DNA from: Psychrobacter sp.
Lineage (GTDB): Bacteria > Pseudomonadota > Gammaproteobacteria > Pseudomonadales > Moraxellaceae
Direction: 5' to 3'
Assembly: GCF_030454045.1 (NCBI RefSeq)
Contig: NZ_JAKDJE010000004.1
Location: forward strand, 5,593 to 69,592
Length of the DNA: 64,000 nucleotides
The translations under genes and the position numbers were made by a program. Positions 59,499 through 64,000 of the stretch are shown one piece after another (within the stretch, counting starts at the first letter, position 1; each line of letters starts with the position of its first letter). The notes under the pieces are model-generated. The model worked only from the letters and a program-made list of their open reading frames with translations. It ran no database searches and was not told the origin of the DNA.

Positions 59499-60320
59499 CT
59501 ATGATATAGAGCAGATGGTAATGATATGCTGCTCTGTTATCACCCACTGCACCTGCATCACCGCTTGGGCCAGTCCGTTTCCTTGTGCCTTTTGCGTGCT
59601 ATCGATGACGGTAAAAGTCATAACATCACCAGACACGCCCATATACTCAAACGCTAAAAAACTCAGTAATACATTATATTTGGCATATATCGCCTTAATG
59701 AGGCTTTCTTTAGCAGAAAATATCATTAAATAGATATAGTGATTCGGATGTGTGCCACACGAATATTCTACCAGTGCCATAGCTTCTTGATCATTTAAAA
59801 AAGCGTAGTGCTGAGGCTCATCACGCTCAAAGCAAACATTGTTTATTTTGGCCTCAATATCCACCCCTATAGCACTGCAATCCTGCATAGATGGTTGCCG
59901 ATAAGCGCAGCAGATCGCCGTACACGATGTTTTGTCACCTGTGTGGCTAATGCTCCCTGTTATGCCATTTGGCCATAGCGGCTCGCCATGCTTCCCTTTT
60001 AATACGGTAAAATGAGTCAAGCCAAACGACTGTAAGGCAAGCTTTGCCGCCAAGCGCCCCGTCAAAAAATCCAGCTTTCGCTTTGTGGATACGCGGGTTA
60101 ATGCCTTTGGTAAGTCAATATCAAAACAATCATACGCCGCCTCTATCGCAAAATTGGCGGTCAATACAATCACAGACAGCTGATGTATCTGGTGATGCGC
60201 GAGCGCCACAGTGATATACGTCAGCCGAATATGCTGGCGTATATCACTCAGCGCCCGCGCATCTTGTGCCAACAAAGCATTGATGTCCGATACCTCACGC
60301 TTTGCGGTGTGGTAACGCAT
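59499..60320 (-). CDS. entD: 4'-phosphopantetheinyl transferase (EntD/Sfp type)
   Basis: GVDIE and FSAKESLIKA motifs. N-terminal KRKLDFLTGRLAAKLAL. Overlaps the thioesterase gene end by 26 nt. Confidence 0.85.
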   Translation of the reverse strand: MRYHTAKREVSDINALLAQDARALSDIRQHIRLTYITVALAHHQIHQLSVIVLTANFAIEAAYDCFDIDLPKALTRVSTKRKLDFLTGRLAAKLALQSFGLTHFTVLKGKHGEPLWPNGITGSISHTGDKTSCTAICCAYRQPSMQDCSAIGVDIEAKINNVCFERDEPQHYAFLNDQEAMALVEYSCGTHPNHYIYLMIFSAKESLIKAIYAKYNVLLSFLAFEYMGVSGDVMTFTVIDSTQKAQGNGLAQAVMQVQWVITEQHIITICSIS

Positions 60321-61071
60321 ACAGCAAACAGTCCTCTATTTTTTTTAGCATTTGCGTAAGCGATGACGGATTTAAAAAATAAAAATGATCGCCTGCCAGT
60401 GCATGACACCCCAAAAAAACCTCAGAATGTGCTTGCCACGCTTGCATCATCGCCTCGTCTTCGATATCTGGATCATCAATACCGTAAAATGCAATTAAGG
60501 GCGCGGTTAAAGGCGAAGGTGTCTTGGTCATCTGCTGACAGATAAGCTGGTCACTGATAGAAAAATCATTACGCATAATGGTCAAAAAATAGTTCAGCGC
60601 TGCTGTATTTTGTAAAATCTCAGGCGGAAAATTATTGTAATGCACCAGTTTTTCGATAATCTCATCATCCGTTAAGTGCTGCCTGTCGCAAATATGTTGC
60701 AAATATTGCGGCTCTGGGCGACTGCTGACCACTACCAGTACCAACAGTTCAAGCGCATCCTGTGCGCGTAGATGATCGATCACCGGCCATAGCAAAGCGC
60801 CACCGACACTGTGCCCAAATAAAATATAAGGGACGTCTTTATAGGACATTATCGTCTGGGCAATGTCTGCTGCCAATACATTTGGATCATTAACCAATGG
60901 CTGCCCCGATCTGCTGCCATGGCCTGCATACTCTATCGGTATGATTTTTATATGCGTATGTTCACAAGTCTCGGCCACCACTGGCTTCCATGCGCTATAG
61001 ATCGCAGAGCTGCTGCCCGCTGGTGGCAGACAAAACAGGTGATAACGGTTATTCATTGACATCATATTCAC
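60295..61071 (-). CDS. type II (editing) thioesterase
   Basis: About 258 aa alpha/beta hydrolase with GHSVGG nucleophile motif. NRPS cluster context. Confidence 0.85.
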   Translation of the reverse strand: MNMMSMNNRYHLFCLPPAGSSSAIYSAWKPVVAETCEHTHIKIIPIEYAGHGSRSGQPLVNDPNVLAADIAQTIMSYKDVPYILFGHSVGGALLWPVIDHLRAQDALELLVLVVVSSRPEPQYLQHICDRQHLTDDEIIEKLVHYNNFPPEILQNTAALNYFLTIMRNDFSISDQLICQQMTKTPSPLTAPLIAFYGIDDPDIEDEAMMQAWQAHSEVFLGCHALAGDHFYFLNPSSLTQMLKKIEDCLLYALPHRKA

Positions 61072-61187
61072 TCAGCTTTATATCTCTATGTTTCACCATC
61101 TATAGTGTCTGTCTTCAAACACAGGAGCGAACAGCACGCAACTGCGTTTGACCGTCTTTGATATGAGATGACCACTCTATATCAGCC

Positions 61188-62771
61188 CTATAAAGCGATA
61201 GATTGTGTCGGCTGCCAGATCGTCGAATCACGATGCGTCACAAAAACCACCGTGGCAGACAAGGCGCGAATGCTATCGACAATGGCCTTTTCGATCTCTT
61301 CATCCAAAGCCGATGTCGCTTCATCTAATACCAAAATAGGCGCTTTTTTGATTAATGCGCGTGCCAGTGCGACGCGTTGACGCTCTCCTCCTGATAAAGC
61401 GGATCCTTGCTGACCCACGGACTGATGTATTCCTTCAGGGGCACGATCAATCACAGACTCCAGCGTCATTTTTCGGGCAATGCTGTCAACCTCAACGTCT
61501 GATGCTTGCGGATTGCCAATACGGATATTTTCAGCCAGAGTGCCTGTAAATATGATAGGGTCTTGAGGGACATAGGCAATATGCGCTGCTAGATCTTCAT
61601 ATGGCATGTCACTGATCTTTACGCCGCCGAGCAAAATATGACCGTGCTCAGGATCGTCAAAGCGCATCAATAACTCAAGCAAGGTGCTCTTACCGCTGCC
61701 GCTCACACCCGTAACCCACACTCGATTGCCTTCTGGAATATCAATATTGATGTCTTTTAAGACGCATGCATGACTCACCTGACACACACTGAGCTGATAG
61801 TCAGCAGGAGCGGACTTGATAAGGGCAGGCTCAGGCAGCGTTGGTGTATTGATCGCCTGCTGATAATTCTGTAGAGAGGCCTTTAAATCATTAATACCCA
61901 AACCTGCCACAGCCAGTTCACCAAGTGGTGCGGCTGCACGACCGACCAAAATCAGCACCGCCAAGACCATTGCCGCACTACTGCCACCTGTGATAATGAG
62001 GTAAGCGGCCATACCGGCTAAGGGTAACACCGTAGCTAGGTTTGAGACAAACACGGCCATGGCGGCAGCGTTGTTGGTGCTTTTTAAGGTATCTTCTTGA
62101 ATACGCCAGCGCTGCTCAATACGGGCGATGGCGCGCTTGGGGCCTGCCGCTGTTCTTAATAACTCAATATGATCTACCAATTCAAGCGTCGCTTCTGCGG
62201 TGCTGGCTTCTGCCTTATGCCGATTATTATCTGCCAGGCTTAGCGCCCGCTGTGATAAAAACTGGGCGATCAGAGACAATATCAATAGCGCCGCCGCCAC
62301 TAATGCCAGCGCTAACCCTGCAACCATGCCGATCCCAAAGACCAAAAATAAGGGAATGCAGGGCGCATGCAAGAACTTTTGCAGCTGATGCGCGGGGATA
62401 CTCATAAATCCTGGTATGCCTTGACCGGCAATGGTCGCAACCTGAGCACGATGCTCATTGGTAAACCAAGACAGTTTGGTGCGTGATAAAGCCTGACCCA
62501 GCGCCGCGTACAAGTCACCCGCCAGCCGCACACCAGTTAAGTAGCCTGAACGATTGACCAATACGGTAGCAAGAATGGCGGCCGCAGCTGTGATTAAGAC
62601 CCATTTGGGCGACCATTGATTGACAATACCCAGTGCCAGCGCGGTATAAGCAATGGCTTCTAGGACAGCGACCGCTATCCAGCCTACCCCTACTGTCATC
62701 AATCGCCTGCGCGCAATTGCTGGTAATGACGATGTCGGCTTTTTGTGTGGTGTATCTACGGTAATACTCAT
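61188..62771 (-). CDS. fused TMD-NBD ABC transporter subunit (siderophore-cluster associated, CydC/BarB-like)
   Basis: N-terminal 6-TM region. GVSGSGKSTLL, LSGGERQRVALARAL, ILVLDEATSALD. 4-nt overlap with the upstream partner. Confidence 0.85.
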   Translation of the reverse strand: MSITVDTPHKKPTSSLPAIARRRLMTVGVGWIAVAVLEAIAYTALALGIVNQWSPKWVLITAAAAILATVLVNRSGYLTGVRLAGDLYAALGQALSRTKLSWFTNEHRAQVATIAGQGIPGFMSIPAHQLQKFLHAPCIPLFLVFGIGMVAGLALALVAAALLILSLIAQFLSQRALSLADNNRHKAEASTAEATLELVDHIELLRTAAGPKRAIARIEQRWRIQEDTLKSTNNAAAMAVFVSNLATVLPLAGMAAYLIITGGSSAAMVLAVLILVGRAAAPLGELAVAGLGINDLKASLQNYQQAINTPTLPEPALIKSAPADYQLSVCQVSHACVLKDINIDIPEGNRVWVTGVSGSGKSTLLELLMRFDDPEHGHILLGGVKISDMPYEDLAAHIAYVPQDPIIFTGTLAENIRIGNPQASDVEVDSIARKMTLESVIDRAPEGIHQSVGQQGSALSGGERQRVALARALIKKAPILVLDEATSALDEEIEKAIVDSIRALSATVVFVTHRDSTIWQPTQSIAL

Positions 62772-64000
62772 GACAAACGCTCCAGATCAGTATTGGATGT
62801 CAGCTCTAGTCGAGCATTTGTTTGCTCCGACAATGCCTTGTCATGAGTCACCATAATGATGGTCTTTTCTTGGTTATGTGCTTCATCTAGCAAGGCTTTT
62901 AGCACTTTTGTAACCCTCGCGTGATCCAAAGCGCTGGTCGGTTCATCAAGCAGAATGATAGGTGCTGATGATAAGAATACGCTGGCAAGACCGATACGCT
63001 GACGTTCGCCGCCTGAGAGCGACTGAGCATCAGCGCTCAGCTCCACGCTCAGCTGAGCGCACTCTAGTGCCGCATTAAGCGCTTGATCTGTGGCATTCGG
63101 GGCAAATAATAGTAGGTTGTCTTTGACGGTTGCAGGCAATACATCACCCCCTTGCGGTACGAACAATACAGCATCATGTTTGGTGTTTTCATCCAGCTTG
63201 GCTATATTCGTGTTTGCCAGCTGCACCTGTCCGGTGTGCAATGGCTCAAAACCTGCCAGCATACGCAGCAGCGTCGTTTTACCCACGCCGCTGGGCCCTG
63301 TGATGGCAGTGACGGCATTGGTCTTAAACGTATGCGTCAACCCGTCAATTATTTGGACATTATCGATCACCATCTCAGCGTCTGTAATTTTCAGCGTGAA
63401 CGGCGCTGATAGCTGCGTTATTTGACCCTTGGGTAATATTGGTTGTTGTAATAATGCGATCAGCCGACTTGCCGCCGCTTTACCAGCGCCAACATAATCT
63501 AGCCCATGCCCCAAACGTAACGCGGGACTGACAACGGCGAGACTAAAAAACAAGATCGTGGCCATCACTGGGGTGTCGTAGTCATAAGCGATCAGATAAG
63601 CAACGGCAAATGTCGCTACCGCTTGTAGCAGTGCCACGGCCATACCTGCGAGCGTCGCCACTTTACTTACCCACATGACCAAGCTGTCTGTAAAGCGCTT
63701 GGTGGCATCATGATAAGCAGCCAGCGCCCCCGACTGTTGGCCATAGATGCGATTGACGCGGATACCACGTGCATAGTCATCTACAGCAGAGATGACCTCG
63801 CCCACCACCTGCATGCGCGCAGCACCATCACGCGCTGTCACGCGCGGCACAATGACTAGATAATATAAAGAAGCGATCACACCTGGCAGTAAGACCCACA
63901 GCGCCACAGGGCCTGCCACACTCACCAATATAACAATAGATGCCAGCGGTAAAATCGCAAAGCTTGTCACCTCTGAGGGTAGATGCGCCACCATATGATG
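62768..64000 (-). CDS. fused TMD-NBD ABC transporter subunit (CydD/BarA-like), 5' end outside the window
   Basis: GPSGVGKTTLL, LSGGERQRIGLASVF, IILLDEPTSALD. The open frame reaches the window edge, so the Met at 63994 is probably internal. Confidence 0.8.
   Translation of the reverse strand, partial: HHMVAHLPSEVTSFAILPLASIVILVSVAGPVALWVLLPGVIASLYYLVIVPRVTARDGAARMQVVGEVISAVDDYARGIRVNRIYGQQSGALAAYHDATKRFTDSLVMWVSKVATLAGMAVALLQAVATFAVAYLIAYDYDTPVMATILFFSLAVVSPALRLGHGLDYVGAGKAAASRLIALLQQPILPKGQITQLSAPFTLKITDAEMVIDNVQIIDGLTHTFKTNAVTAITGPSGVGKTTLLRMLAGFEPLHTGQVQLANTNIAKLDENTKHDAVLFVPQGGDVLPATVKDNLLLFAPNATDQALNAALECAQLSVELSADAQSLSGGERQRIGLASVFLSSAPIILLDEPTSALDHARVTKVLKALLDEAHNQEKTIIMVTHDKALSEQTNARLELTSNTDLERLS

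Noticed and set aside
59422-59733. 103-aa + strand ORF spanning the entC promoter and the PPTase 3' end
   Set aside because: It overlaps the PPTase gene in antisense and the Fur-regulated intergenic region. Its Cys/Ile-rich composition is not coding-like.
1-64000. CRISPR arrays, tRNA/rRNA genes, IS elements, integrases, prophage or toxin-antitoxin modules
   Set aside because: None were found. The only tandem repeats are at 77-112 and 38982-39063. No ORF shows transposase or integrase motifs, and no cloverleaf-like sequence was noticed. The siderophore island has no recognisable mobility genes inside the window. I could not compute composition statistics reliably by eye.

Overview
64-kb chromosomal window, moderately AT-rich. 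Gene content suggests a Moraxellaceae-like gammaproteobacterium (Psychrobacter or Acinetobacter relatives), but this taxon call is my unverified inference. Positions 1-41.5 kb are mostly housekeeping. They hold purD, a 1614-aa NAD-specific glutamate dehydrogenase and sbcDC. A large sulfate-assimilation supercluster follows: cysG, cysH, DUF934 and cysI diverging from sat, then two lipoprotein-type sulfate-binding paralogues and cysTWA. Next come an iron-storage module (Fur-boxed bfd plus two complementary bacterioferritin subunits), an MFS transporter, a DUF1176 protein, a DEAD-box helicase with an RGG tail, a polytopic membrane protein, a class-II UvrA paralogue and mtfA. At least three decayed genes (SDR, GNAT, GST) and one start-less orphan frame are interspersed. 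Nearly every convergent gene pair is separated by a clean rho-independent hairpin. Positions 41.6-64 kb run off the right edge and form a Fur-controlled catecholate NRPS siderophore island. It encodes a TonB-dependent receptor, a FecCD-type ABC importer, an IucD-type N-hydroxylase and a tandem-heterocyclization (Cy-Cy) NRPS. It also encodes entE, entB, entA and entC homologues, a free-standing A-PCP protein, a PPTase, a type II thioesterase and two fused ABC transporters. Gene order closely parallels the acinetobactin and anguibactin loci as I remember them. However, the window lacks the histidine decarboxylase and the PCP-C release enzyme, so the amine building block and the product are open. 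This island is the best candidate for new biology here. Smaller oddities are a perfect 41-bp tandem duplication that copies the mtfA ribosome-binding site and start into a 7-codon decoy ORF, a bacterioferritin pair with reciprocal loss of the heme ligand and ferroxidase ligands, and a CysA that lacks its C-terminal regulatory domain. No CRISPR array, tRNA/rRNA gene, transposase or integrase was seen.
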